DNA of 64,000 bases from Eledone cirrhosa (lineage: Eukaryota), in assembly GCA_964016885.1 (NCBI GenBank), contig OZ024745.1:67022001-67086000 (forward strand). Direction: 5' to 3'. A program made the translations under genes and the position numbers. This document shows, one piece after another, positions 28,689 through 42,170 of this stretch (position 1 is the stretch's first letter; the number at the start of each line of letters is the position of its first letter). Under the pieces are notes generated by a model, which had not been told where the DNA came from, made no database searches, and saw only the letters and a list, made by a program, of their open reading frames with translations.

Positions 28689-28728
28689 CCGAGCTGAAGA
28701 TCCGCTAAGGTGAAACAATTGTTCTCGG
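28689..28728 (+). ncRNA. Minimal hammerhead motif in the inverted repeat arm
   Basis: ccgag CTGAAGA tccgctaaggt GAAA caattg TT ctcgg: 5-bp stem I, palindromic stem III. Confidence 0.75.
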
Positions 28729-29377
28729 TATGGTGAACTAACTGTTGTGTAACCACTTCTACCTAAGCCGTCCCTTGGACTGAGTGCTCTACCACTACGG
28801 ATATTACCTTCCAGTGTTCCACCACTATATATATATATATATATATAAGAGTGAATGTGTGTATATGTCAATATATGTTCAACTGTGGAAACATATATCT
28901 ATCCTAGATCATGTCACTAGACATGAATAAGTATACTGTCCATTGATTGATGTTTCCTTGTAACAATTTCTTTAATTACTACTATTGGTATCAGATATAA
29001 CTTATTAATACAACTTTACATCATTTGGCGTGTTGGTATACATTAACGATACGTCTTATGTGACGACAAATAACATGTTTTGTAGTCTAAACGTCAATCT
29101 TCAGACAAACTAAGAGGAATGAACTATCACAAGACATAAATGAATTACATATTTTGTACATACAGTGCGATTCCAATCACTTTTAGATGAAACATATTCC
29201 GAAACAAGAAGCAGCTGATAATATTAACTATAGGTTTATCGATATTTGGAAATTGACTCAAATAAGGGCGTCATTTGTAAACTTATTTTCACATAAGAGT
29301 TTTGAACAAAACTATGGCCTTCGGCAAGAATTCGTATATATGTATATGTGTGTTGTTTACACTCATTTTTCTGTGGA

Positions 29378-29461
29378 ATTTCTGCGTATTTATATATAAA
29401 CATATAGACACACATACAAACATACTTCCGTACATATATATGGATATATATATATATATAT

Positions 29462-29539
<78 letters not shown>

Positions 29540-29603
29540 ATATATATGTACGGAAGAATGTTTGTATGTGTGTCTATATGTTTATGCGTGTCTACATATA
29601 TAT

Positions 29604-29642
<39 letters not shown>

Positions 29643-29790
29643 TATGTGTGTGTACATATATATGGATATATATATATATATATATATATCCATATATATG
29701 TATATATATATATATATATATACCCATATATATGTACGGAAGAATGTTTGTATGTGTGTCTATATGTTTATATATAAATACGCAGAAATT
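29378..29790. repeat. Inverted and direct repeats built around (TA)n tracts
   Basis: 29378-29445 is inverted at 29535-29585 and at 29723-29790. Confidence 0.8.
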
Positions 29791-30879
29791 ATACAGATAC
29801 ATACATACATACATAAATACATACATATACACAAAAGTATATTCATGTAAATAATATATCATTATGCAGACAGTACGTGTATGTATGTATATATATATTT
29901 ATATATATATATATATACACACACACATATATACATATATATTGGTGTCATGCTTGTGTGTATGTGTGGGCGCGCGAAAGATTGTCCTGATTTCTGCATT
30001 TGTGTACATCATCACTCCCTGGTGCCATGTCATTCGTAATAAGTAGACTACGGAGTTTCCCTAAGGTAGTGTATGTTTACGCTATTTTACCAGAAGTAGT
30101 TACTCGACGTTCCGCTCTACAGAGTTGTGAATATTGACGACTCAGCCTCGGTTAGTTTGTCAATAGGAAATATAGTGTTTTAATTATCCTAACAATGTTC
30201 TCGAATCCCGTGCGAATTTCAGATTCAGAAGAGCGTTGTGGTCTGTCATCATTCCTGATTTTCATGTAGTTATAATATTTCCTAGATGGGTCCGACGATT
30301 TAATTAGAAACAATCACGTAGCATAAAAGATCAATAACATAGTATTGTAATTGATTTATATATATATATATATGTGTGTGTTTGTGTGTGTGTATGTGCG
30401 TGTGTGTGTTTGTGTGTGTGTGTGTGTGTGCGTGTGTGTGTGTGTGAGCGTGCGTGAGTGCGTGCGTGTGTGCGTGTGTGTATTTATGTATGTGTGTATG
30501 TAGCAAGGTTGCACGATAGCTAGAACAAGCCGCCGGAAAGATGCATATGAAACAACACAACAAGGTAAATTGAACATAGTTAATAAATTAATTAGACTAC
30601 AGAAATAGAATGTTCTATTCCTTTATAATTTGAGGATTAACAATATATTTTTGTACAGCTTGGGTTTAAAATAATACCACAAGGTGCCAGATAATTAACG
30701 CCAAATGTGTTGATTAAGAGTCGGGATCCGATCGCCTGATCAAACCCAAGCTGATCGATATCGAAACATTTGTATTATGAAATTTTATTGCATATTACAA
30801 ATGTTTCGAACAAACTGCAAATGTGACTTCCTATTATCATATATGTATATATATATATATATATTTTATAGTTGAGACA

Positions 30880-32210
30880 GTAAACAAAAAACAAAAAAAA
30901 ACAACGTGGAATCGAAGAGGCAGTACAAATGTTAATATTATGTTCACGCTTGAGAGGGGGGTGGGGGACGACGTTTCGGGCATAAGCCCTTCATCGGGAA
31001 AAAAGTGGGCAGAAAAAGAGGTCCGAGGGTGTGAGGGGGAGTGGTGGAAAGACATTAAAAAGGGTGGGAGAGAAAAGGGAGGGAAAAAAAGTTTTAGAGG
31101 GTAAGAAAAATTAAAATGAAACAAGTGGTGAAAGGGTATGAGGCGTGTAGGGGTGGTGGTGGGTGGAGTTTGGGGAGGGGGAGACGGGGATCCGAGCGGG
31201 GAGCGCTGAAGGTGGTGCGTGTGTATGGTTGTAGGTGTACGTGTGTGTGTGTATGGATGTGAATGTGAGTTGGGAAAGAACGAGGTTCCATGTTCGGGTA
31301 ATAGGGAAACCGGTGTGTACATGGGGTAGGGTGAAAGTCGGTGTGTGTGCGCGTGTAGACGGAGAGGGGTCAGATGGGGTGGGGGAGAGGGTGCGTGTGG
31401 AGTCCGGAGGCTGAGTGTCTGTATGTGAGGATACGCACGTGTGTGTGTTTTTGTGTGGTGTGGGGGCATTGTTGCGTGGTGCGAAAATAGTGTAAGTGTT
31501 TGTGTGTGTGTTCCTGGATGTTTTTCCACGGACTATAAGACCGGATGTTGGAGATGCCGAGTGTGGTAGGGTCGGTGGCTGGAGCGGTGGACCGGTGTTG
31601 TAGAATCCTGGTATGGTAGTGAGGAAGTGGAGAGTTGTGGGGTGCGCGCGCAACAGGAAGTGGTCAGAGGGTCAAGACAAGGCGAAGGGGGTGAGAGGAA
31701 GGAGATAGCAGTAGGAAGGTGACAGCGGGAAGAGTAGTGACAGGTGTAGAGATGGTCTGTATGTGGTCTGGAATGTATGTGTGTGTGCGGAGGTGCGGTG
31801 GACAGGGCAGGGGATTGGTATGTGAGAAAGGATGAGGAGAGGGGGTTCGGTGTGTATATTAGTGGAAGTGTTTGTGGGATGTGTATGTGTGGGGGTGTTG
31901 GTAGTGCTGGGAACGAGAGAGGGAGAAATAAGGTGCTGGGGGACAGTCAGAGGTAGTGTATTGTACTGGTGTGTGTGGGCGTGTTTGGATGAGTGTGCGT
32001 ATGGTAGAGAAGGTGTTAGTGTGGTTGGTGGTAGGGAGAGGGGTTGAATGCGGGTGTGTGAGTGGGGGTTAGTGGTGGTAGTGTGGGTACTTCCTTTTTT
32101 TATTTGTTTTTGCAAGATTTCTTATCTGAAAATGGGTGTTCAAACAGATAGAGTTATACTTTGGGAGGGAGATACTGTCAATAAAAACACACGCATAAAG
32201 TATAACAATA
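30880..32210 (-). mobile_element. GT-rich decayed repeat, probably PLE-derived
   Basis: HHR-like core CCGATGA agggcttatgccc GAAA cgtcg TC at 30967-30997; terminal-repeat family motif ttatactttgggaggg at about 32153. Confidence 0.4.
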
Positions 32211-32422
32211 TATATATATATATATTTATTCAGGTTTGAGGTTCACCACTGGATAGAGCTGGTCAATTCCGTATGGTCAATCTTAATGTAATAATATGGA
32301 GAGTACTCAACGTAAAGCAGTTCAATCGTCTTTGTTTTTGTAGTTGGTGGTGCTAGTACGGAGTTAAATATTATAATGAAATACAGGAGGCTGGACTTGT
32401 GTAAATCCTTGAAAGGTTTATT

Positions 32423-32480
32423 ATACTATGATCATTTCAATTACCGGGTTCCGTATGAATCCGGTGATATCATCAGGTAT
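32423..32480 (-). ncRNA. Type I hammerhead ribozyme motif
   Basis: atac CTGATGA tatcaccggattcatacggaacccggtaatt GAAA tgatca TA gtat. Confidence 0.78.
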
Positions 32481-32660
32481 TCGAAATATAATAAGTGAAT
32501 GTAATAGATAAAATCCATGGGGCTGAAAATGAAAGACCCGAGGACGACCGCCATTGAGGGCGACCGGCAAAGGTGGAAGATGCTGGATGGCGGTCGTCGT
32601 CGTGTCTTTGATTTTCAGGCCAATGGATTTTATCTATTACATTCACTTATTATATTTCGA

Positions 32661-32718
32661 ATACCTGATGATATCACCGGATTCGTACGGAACCCGGTCA
32701 TTGAAATGATCATAGTAT
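32661..32718 (+). ncRNA. Type I hammerhead ribozyme motif (mirror copy)
   Basis: atac CTGATGA tatcaccggattcgtacggaacccggtcatt GAAA tgatca TA gtat; palindromic stem III atgatcat. Confidence 0.78.
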
Positions 32719-32773
32719 AATAAACCTTTCAAGGATGTACACAAGTCCAGCCTCATGTCATTTCATTATAATA

Positions 32774-32818
<45 letters not shown>

Positions 32819-32829
32819 ATTATTATTAT

Positions 32830-33206
32830 TATTTCGACTTTTGGCACAGGGCCAGCAATTAACCAGTGTATTACTGGTACTTTATTTTATCGACCCCGTA
32901 AGGATGAAAGGCAAAGTTAACCTTGGCTTGATTTGAACTCAGAATGGCAAGGGCCGTAACTCTATGCGTCAAAGCATGGCGTCCGACCCTCTACCGATAC
33001 TGCCAATAATAATAATAATAATAATAATAATTGCTTCTACTTTTTGGCACAAGGCCAACAATTACCCCAGTGTATTTCTGATACTTTATTTTATCGACCC
33101 CGTAAGGATGAAAGGCAATGTTAACCTCGGCGGGATTTGAACTCAGTCCGTAAAGGGACGTAACTGTGCTGCAAAGCATGGCGTCCGACCCTCTACCGAT
33201 ACTGTC
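32830..33206 (-). mobile_element. Two tandem SINE A copies separated by (AAT)n
   Basis: cgaccccgtaaggatgaaaggcaa at about 32891 and 33095. Confidence 0.88.
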
Positions 33207-33341
33207 TAATAATAATATTATTTATGCGTGTATATACACTATAAATAATTATAAACAGGAAGGGTCAGTAATGCATTACCACCTTATTACCAGTAAGAAA
33301 AATAGCTCAATGTAAATACATCAGATGTGTTACAGAGCCGG

Positions 33342-36300
33342 AATATAAATTGCAGAATAATCAAAACTATGTTCAAAACATTTTAATGCTGACAATCGTT
33401 TCTTCCAAACTTTCGTTTGGAATCATCGGGGCACTAGCAAAGTTTAGACATATAATTAACCTACTATTCCACAGAACAATCGTAAAGATACGTAGATGTT
33501 AGTGTTGTCACTAACAGTGTCATATTTAAAGAGTGAAGATGGTGTGGTCAGTATCAGTGGATGCGACAAAGATTATAAAAGAATAATACAACAATTATAG
33601 AGGAATTAAAGAAGAAAGTTACTCGCAAAATAAGGACATTAGCGGTACATATGCAAACGTATAGAAAGAGTGCAGAGGTATTAGGCATATACAGAATAAC
33701 CAGGTAAGAAACAAGCAATGGTACTAAGAATATATATCACATTATGGCAAAGGTATCACATAATAAATTACAGGTATAAAAGCATATTAAGCAGACAGAG
33801 ATGCGCGGGTATGAAAAGCAGTTTCTATGAAGTTTATGGTGGATGTAATGTGATAATTATTCCGGTAATGTTCAAATGTGCATGTGTTGTGAGTATTAAT
33901 ATTAAGGTTTTCCTTTCCATTACATTGGTTATATTTTAGTAAATATTTATTAGTAGCTACAACTATAGATTGTATATTAGTCCTATTACAATCTTATCAA
34001 GGGTTCGAGTTGTTCTGGAGTGATCTGTCTAACGGTTTAATTTCAGGAAGTGATTAAAAATCTATACTAAGGGGAGCTAATGAGAAAGGGGGAGTAATTG
34101 GCGATTAATTTGTATATAAGAGAAAAATGTATAGTTGTTTACAACTCCAATTAGTTAAATTCTATGTGTTAATATACAATATATTATGTTATAAGTGAAT
34201 CCTTTAATATAATGCTATTTATTTTTAAATTTATATATTTAATTTTAAATACAATCTTTTTTCCATATAATACCTTAAAGGTCTCATTTTATCACTACCT
34301 ACCCATATATTAATAAAATAAATAAAATATTAGTAAGGAAGTTATTGTAGTTATATTAAATGGTGGTAACTTTATGTTTATTCCCAATAGTTATTGTAGA
34401 GTATAAGATTTGAGATAAATAGGAGGTAAGTAGAGGAATGAGCTGATCATAGAATGTGATGCTGTGGGGGTAATTATATACTGATAAAACCTAGAGGTAA
34501 AGTGTTGACGGTGGTGAGGAATCCAGATCTGACATTGTTATATATTAGCAGCTAGGTTTGAAGTTGTAGAAAGAGTGTCGGTGGTAGTGTTGGCACATGG
34601 AAAAAATTTCTGATTTTCTATTTCAAAGTTTTAGCTTAGAATAGATTATTGTGCGAGTCTCTAGAAGACAGAGGTTACATAGTTTATTCGGTGGTTTATA
34701 CGATGCGGCCCAATCTATTACTTCCCAATGAAGTGTATATGGTCTATTCTTAGTTTTCAGAGAGTGTATGTAGTTAAGTAAAGAAGTGGGGTTGGCTAGA
34801 TTGCGATTTTTGAAAGTGTGAAGATGCGAGTTATATCTCATCTTGAAGCAGTTCGAAGTAGAACAGATATATGTTTTTGAAGAGTTGTTTGTAATGACTG
34901 TGCATGAGTAAATGATGTCTTTGATTAAGCAATCTTTTCCTAAGGGGCAAGTTCTATTTGTTCTACAGTTACAGTTATTTTGGTTGTTTACTTGCTGGTT
35001 AATAGGGTGTGTAGATGCATGGTTGTTAGGGATAGCATTAGGGAATGATGATTATCATTCCCATTGTTATTAATTTCATTAGTGCTATTACAATTATTAT
35101 TATTGCTACTAGAATTGTTTTTTGTAATGTTATGTGATGTATTGTTTACATTTCTGTTTATATTATTATTATTGGGGTGTTTATTTTGGTGCGAGCTAAG
35201 TTTGATATTACCCTTCGTACTAGAGTTAGAGTGGCTAGTATTTTTATTACTTTTATTCATGGCCATATTGTGAGAAATAATACTATGAGAAATATATAGA
35301 TCAACATTTTATTTTTATGGCCTGATCGAGCTAAGGCTGCATTATAGTATTGGGAATTACTGTTAAATATAGTTTCATTATATGATAGAGTAGAAATTAT
35401 ATTTGATATTCTTTTAGTAATTGAGTTTAATATAGATTTAGGGTGGTTAGAGTTGGTATCTACATAAAGTAGTTTTTCGTTTGGTTTATGAAAGGGTGTA
35501 TATATTTTAGAGTCCAGACAAAGGGTAGCATCAAGGAAGTTAACGTTTTTAGTGTTTTTATCTAAGGTAATACTTAAGTTGAAGTTTTAAAATATTTTAT
35601 GCAATTGTTTCCTAGTTTTTTCTATATTAAATTTTTTATAGTCAATCAGTAGTAGTGCATCATCGCGGTATAACCCATCATTGAGGTAGGACAGATTCTT
35701 ATGGATTTCATTTAAGAGATATATACCCACCAAATCAGTGACTTGCGCCGAGTCACTAGATCCCAATATTATGTCAAAGTTGTTAGGTGTATCCTTGCAG
35801 GTCCATAATTGATCTTCTTCAAATAAAATTCTGGTTTTACGGGCCGCAAGGATGACATCAATTTGGGATCTAGTAAGGTCACTATTGTTCATAGCCATAA
35901 TTAATGCCTTGTTTAATAGGATAGGAGAAATAGAGGTGTAATACGAATTAATATCAAATTGTATAAATGTTTTATTTTTATTCTCATTAATATCATTGAA
36001 CCATTCAATAACTTCACCAGTATTTCCCCACAGGTCAAGATATATTTTATGCTTAAATTGAGGGATAATTCTGTCTAATATTGTTTTGCTGATAATTCCA
36101 ATGTCAGATTTGGAAGGGCAAATTAGTCTTATAGATGGGTTATTATTAAAGTCTTCCTTATGGTTCTTCAGAGAGAATATTGGGGGGGGGGGGGTTAGGT
36201 GTGTATTGCATATGTACTGCTAATGTTCTCGTTTTGCGAGTAACTGTCTTCTTTAATTCCTCTATAATTGTTATATTATTCTTTTATAATCTTTGCCGCA

Positions 36301-36510
36301 TCCACTGATCACATCATCTTCACTCTTTAAATATGACACTGTTAGTGACAACACTAACATATACGTATCTTTACGATTATTCTGTGGAATAGGAGGTTAT
36401 ATGTCTAAACTTTGCTAGTGCTCCCGATGGTTCCAAACGAAAGTTTGGAAGAAACGACTGTCAGCAATAAAATGTTTTGAACATATTTTTGATTATTCTG
36501 TAATTTATAT
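33342..36510 (-). mobile_element. Decayed Penelope-like element (RT + GIY-YIG) enclosed by roughly 310-bp inverted terminal repeats
   Basis: GSSDSAQVTDLVGIYLL, GLYRDDALL, RYNSH..CNLCLLE; arms 33342-33656 and 36206-36510, each with a U4C HHR motif (33386-33434 minus, 36419-36466 plus, both partly mutated). Confidence 0.85.
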
Positions 36511-36605
36511 ATATATATATATATATACATGTTTAGTAGTGAAAATCCTGAAAGTTATATCCATAGTTGGTAGAGCACATGGTCCCAAAACCGAATTCGG
36601 TATAG

Positions 36606-36719
36606 AGTTAGTTCCTCACCAAATTATCAAATCATACTTGAGAACACGAACAACAGAAGAATCCTTCGGTTGAAACTCTTGTTCTCAAGTATGGTTTGTT
36701 ACTTTGTTGTAGAACTAAC

Positions 36720-36720
<1 letters not shown>
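36606..36720. repeat. Short foldback with a degenerate HHR-like centre
   Basis: caaatcatacttgagaac pairs with gttctcaagtatggtttg; centre cagaagaatccttcggttgaaac resembles the 28689 family. Confidence 0.55.
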
Positions 36721-36795
<75 letters not shown>

Positions 36796-36796
36796 C

Positions 36797-36850
<54 letters not shown>

Positions 36851-37087
36851 ATTAGAAATTAGAAATTATAAGCTTTCACCGTATTTTAGACTAAAGAAAT
36901 GTCTAGCCTTATAGTGGGGTTTATAACCCTCGGAGAAATGGAAAAAGATGAGTGTTGCCGTACGGCAAAATTTCTAATTTTCAAACTCGCGCACCGTTTC
37001 AAAAACATACTTACATGTTTACATATATATATATGAAAGACGTAAAATAAGAAAATTATAAAAATTAACTTACTTACTAAAATTTCA

Positions 37088-37167
37088 CTCCAACTAATTA
37101 GTTTCTGAAAGGGAATAAATATGGTTTCCGAAGAAACGCACAGAGAAATCCTTTCGTCATCAGGGAA
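37088..37167 (-). ncRNA. Hammerhead motif within a short inverted-repeat-bounded element (37031-37251)
   Basis: ttcc CTGATGA c-gaaagg...cctttc-a GAAA ctaattag TT ggag; palindromic stem III. Confidence 0.65.
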
Positions 37168-37848
37168 GGCTATTCTCAGCTAAGTTCCCAGGCAATGCGT
37201 GGACACAGGTAACTTATACAAAAATAATTCAGTTATTTTACGTCTTTCATATTATTGTTCTGCATCTCCTTGCATTGAACCACAAAGTTACTAAGACAAA
37301 ACCTATATATTTGCTGGCATAGGTATGCATCTGTATATATATGTTAGTAGATATACTAATTCTTTATATATATATATATATATATATATAATTGGTGTGG
37401 GATGCTTAAAGCGTCCGTATGTGGTAGGCCTACGGTGTTAATTATTGTGGGGGTGAAGGAGTGTTAATGAAGATTTAAAGGGATTAACGCATATACACGC
37501 CCCCCCCCCACACACACACACACACACGCACACACATATACATATATACACAGAAAATGGTGTCATCCCATTCTTATCTAAAGACATGTATCTTACACCT
37601 CATTAACCCCACCACCACAACCACCACCACGAGACATGCACCTAAATTCATCTTTAATATAGAAAATTGTTGAAGGTATTCTTTATAAATTTAAGAGAGT
37701 TGATTCAGCTATTAGAAACGAATTTGCAAAACATCTTGCCATTATATTCCTCAAAGGTCCTTTATTGAATTGGAACCAGCAAGAGGGGACTTTTACAGCC
37801 GCTTTTTAAACACTCCCATCCAATTATCTTGCTGTCAACATTCAGCAT

Positions 37849-37968
<120 letters not shown>

Positions 37969-38328
37969 TTAATCCCTTTAAATCTTTATTAACACTCTTT
38001 CAGTCCAATACTCATTAACAGAGCACGCCTACCCCCCCTCGAACCCCCACCCACCAGACACTTCCAAATCACTTTTATGTATAGAGTCACACATCACATC
38101 ACAACCTGATCTCAGTTTAACAATCACCACCGACGAATGCGAGAAAGTTCTCCAGGAAAGTTAACCAGGAATCTATAAAAATCTTCCCACCGAAGTTAAC
38201 AAAGAACTTACTAACTCTACCAACTCATAATATTATATATAATATTATAAAATTAAATCAATTTGTTTAGAACTACAAGTGAAGTCATTCTTTTCCTTTT
38301 TTTTCAAATATATATGGATATATATATG

Positions 38329-38329
<1 letters not shown>

Positions 38330-38373
<44 letters not shown>
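38330..38373. repeat. (GATA)n microsatellite
   Basis: Direct reading; another at 62641-62721. Confidence 0.95.
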
Positions 38374-38374
<1 letters not shown>

Positions 38375-38399
38375 CATATATATGCATATACATATATAC

Positions 38400-38474
<75 letters not shown>

Positions 38475-38578
38475 TGTAATAAACAACATATATTTATATG
38501 TATGTATATAGATATATACATACATATAAATATGTACATATACATACATTATATATATATATATATATATATACATAC

Positions 38579-38664
<86 letters not shown>

Positions 38665-40778
38665 CTTATATTTTCCAAAATATGTATTCAGAATTCTCTT
38701 CTTAATTCTATAAGTTGTAGAATTTATTTCTGGAAATACTTTAATTCCTATTGGAATATATATAACAAACCTGATCATTAATTCATTTTATTTCGGGAGA
38801 AGCTGGGTTTAAATACCAAGGTTAATGTACAATAAGTATCTACATGTTCGTGAGATGAATATCTCTATTGATTTTCTTTTTATGAACTGTACTAAAGAAA
38901 CTGGATCTTAAGAAAATTATTATTTATATCTGCTTAAAAGTTGTTATAATTCTTATGACGCTACAAAAACTTCCCAATGGAAATTTAGAATTCAGTCACT
39001 TGTTTGCTTTTAACACAGATCATCTTTTTAATTCTGATTTATACAAATGTAATCTTCACGTGAGTACGTATCTTCAGAATTGTGTGTATCCGAGTTTGTT
39101 GTTCCTTTGATTAGTTTCTTGTATACCTATTTATATCATATTATATTCCCACTACACCTAAACAATCCCGTAATTTCTAATGTGATTATGTGATGTTCTT
39201 GTAGTTTAGATCCAGATTGGACCTTATTATGCACAAAAAGGATTTTACAAATACGTATTTAGTCAGGCATATAATGCTACAAGGGCTAATATGCAATTAT
39301 ATCTCTGATATGTGTTATTTTAGGGGAATTTGTATGCAATTTATTGCTGGTTGAACATGGGTGGTGGCTATATAAGAGATCGTATGTGTTTGTGTGTGTA
39401 TGAAAGACTTATGACTGGAGGAAATATTCATGATATGAAAGTGAGAGAGTCAAAGTGGGAGTGAGAATTGTTTCCAATAAAAACAGCGGTGGTATCGAAA
39501 GAATGTAACGACGAAAAGTGTAACAATAATAACAACAAAGGAATCGGTGGTGATGGAAGCGTGTAATAAGCAGAGTGTAACAGCAATAACAAGTTTGGCG
39601 TCGGCAGCGAGAAAATACCAGCATTAAAATATGAGAGATCATTTATTGTCACTAGTTCTTTGATTTTCGTTCTGCAATATAAAGCAATGTTAATTCATCC
39701 GCATGAGTTAAGCCAGAAATATGATATGATTGAAATACTAGCCAAACTTCCCTCAGCTTAAACTCTGCTAACATATGTATATTTATATTTATATGTATGA
39801 GCCAACAGGGGTGAGCTCAATTTGAGGGATAGCTCTTAAGCAAACAATTCTATGGCAAAACATCCTAAAATCATAACCTAATGTTTTATATATACACAGG
39901 TAAATGTTTAGGCTGATAAGGATCGCTACGATGTAATAGAAGCAGCTGAGAGATAAATCCCATACTAGTGTGTTTTCTATGAACATATAAGTATAAATCA
40001 GCGTGAGAGCTTCTACATCCTATCTTGAACTGTTAGAAATGGCTGCCAAATTACCAGCTAGTGACATACTATTGGCTTATGCAAGAATGCATTTATGTAT
40101 TTATACATACATACATACATACATACATAAATACATAAAGAGAGAGAGAGAGATAGTAAGGTATGTTTGTGTGTGTATGTATGTCTGAAACAAGTTATTG
40201 ACCTCTGTATTGCAGTTTGACGTAATATTTCCCTTAAAACACATCTTAGTATCTTCTATATGTGTATATGTATATATTTATGTTTCGGTTATTTTGCGGA
40301 AACCTTTCAAATTCTATTGGACGCCTCATATTGGAGCTCACAATGACGTCTGAGAAGCTCCGTCTCATTGTTTTATATCTCTCAAGAGACATCGTGATCC
40401 TTTCCAAATTCTGTAACACATTGAAAGTGTTCGTGTTCAAAATCTGCCCTCTGATTGTATCTCCTCACATTGTTTTATGAAGGCGATCAGTCTTTTTTTC
40501 TTTGTCCAACTCACAAGTAGAGTTTGTGGTTACTTTTTATTGTTTTTTGTGTTTGTATACTTTTGTTGTTATTGTGTTTGTGTTGTTATTGTGGTTGTTT
40601 CTTTTTTCTTAGGGGTAATGATGGTTGTGGTACTGGTGGTTATGTGAGTGGTTGAGTTGGTATTGTTGCAGACGCGTCTGTGTTTGACGTTTGTGTGCTT
40701 TATGTGTTTTATATGTATTCTGAGGTGTTAATTACGGTTAAGACAAAATATTACTTTGTTTTCTTTTGATTTTTATTG

Positions 40779-40816
<38 letters not shown>

Positions 40817-40949
40817 GTGTGTGTGTGTGTGTGTGGCTTCTCTAAAGAGAGGAACACCAGGGAAAAGCATTAATATCATGCCAGATAAAGTGACTGAGGA
40901 GAGAATTAGATGAAACACTGACGTACAAATATGTATGAATCAACGAACT

Positions 40950-41500
40950 ACACAGATGCAAGAAAAGATTAGACATAAATACTATAGCTGTTAACTGGAC
41001 AATAATGATTTCTTTCTGATAATAATGACTTCATTTAGAATACACCATCCAAAATCAGTTGTAGAAAGATTATAGCTCCCACGAACACATGGGAAAAGGG
41101 CCTGATGTTACTAGATAGTTCTTATAAAATAACTAGTGTAGGGCTACAAAAATATCTAACGAGGAACAAAGGAAAATTAATAGAAGTAACCATGAAATGA
41201 GAACAAAACAACCAATTGTTCTCTGTCTTCAAGGAAGCTAACAAATTCAAAACAAAATCTGGATTGACAGATAAGAATGAGGAAAACGAAAACAAAGAAA
41301 CAACAGAAATTGTGAAAAACAAAGGCTAAATTGAAAACAGTCTTCCAGAATTCCATGCTAAAGCGATGGGAAAATAAGACACGTACATGGCCAATACCTG
41401 AAAAAGCTGAATTGAGGAAACAGACAAGCAGAATCACAAAACTGGCTACGAAGCACTGAACTAAACGCCGAGATGATAGGATTTCTAATCCCAGCACAAG
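40950..41500 (+). pseudogene. Highly decayed R4/Dong-type LINE fragment
   Basis: Translates HHPKSVVERL*LPRTHGK at about 41042-41097, homologous to HHPKADIDRIYLPRKEGG. Confidence 0.65.
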
Positions 41501-41559
41501 AAACTATCCTGCGCTGCACAGATTAAAGCTTCCGTTCCTAGTTTAAATCACTTTTCTGC

Positions 41560-42170
41560 ATCCATTTCCACTTTTCCAAATCGGCTTTGGCTTCTGTGTC
41601 CCTGTAAAACGTATGTCGCCCCTTCTTTCCACCTTCTTTCAGTTTCAATTCGTTTCTCGTTATTGAATTACGTTTTTTAATCTCTAATGTTCAACACATT
41701 TGCCTTTTTAATTTCCAACAGCAATGGTTCAGTATCATTGTTTAGCTACCAGGCTCCGCTATTTTCCTTTGCTCTCACACATCCTTTAAAATTGATGAGA
41801 CCCCTTCCTCCTTCCTTTCAGGACATATATATTCTTTCCACATCCCGAGTTCATTTGATACATTGAGTTTTGTTGTCTTTGCCGTGGAGATGAACTTAAA
41901 TGGTATTTGGAGATTAACTTGTTTCAGCTGTAGACTTTTCGGCTGCTGTCTCCTCCCTGGGAGACGAGACCCTTGCTGATGTGGGTGACGACCTATCCGA
42001 TATGTGATTTATGGAGGTGTTTTTGTTTCTTTGTGCGTTTTAGCCTTCACCACCAAGCTGTAATTTTGTTCAAGATACCATCTCCAGGACGATAATAAAG
42101 CAAGATTTGTGAGCTCATCCAGCCTATGAGACTCGACTCAGCTACTCCCCACTGAGTATCTACTTTCTGT
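41560..42170 (-). pseudogene. Internally deleted R4/Dong-type derivative (5' leader joined to a post-RT fragment)
   Basis: DVERIY..KEGGRGLIN-like segment at about 41790-41845; 41955-42095 resembles 51165-51305. Confidence 0.55.

Larger units (their letters stand above)
27811..28761 (-). mobile_element. Penelope-like GIY-YIG fragment enclosed by inverted terminal repeats
   Basis: AVIYEAVV..YVGMAEGRFKERFLNH, then CGLCIDERITI..LNTRSE..CPH; arms 27811-27970 and 28603-28761. Confidence 0.88.
32370..32772. repeat. About 185-bp-arm foldback hairpin with one hammerhead per arm
   Basis: Arms reverse-complementary around a loop at about 32555-32588. Confidence 0.92.

Noticed and set aside
30837-32115. 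Pro/His/Thr-rich ORFs of 147-230 aa
   Set aside because: Explained by C/A-rich compositional bias; no domain motifs
38660-40480. Possible ancient LINE/PLE coding relics (also 9330-9620)
   Set aside because: Too decayed to assign without a profile search
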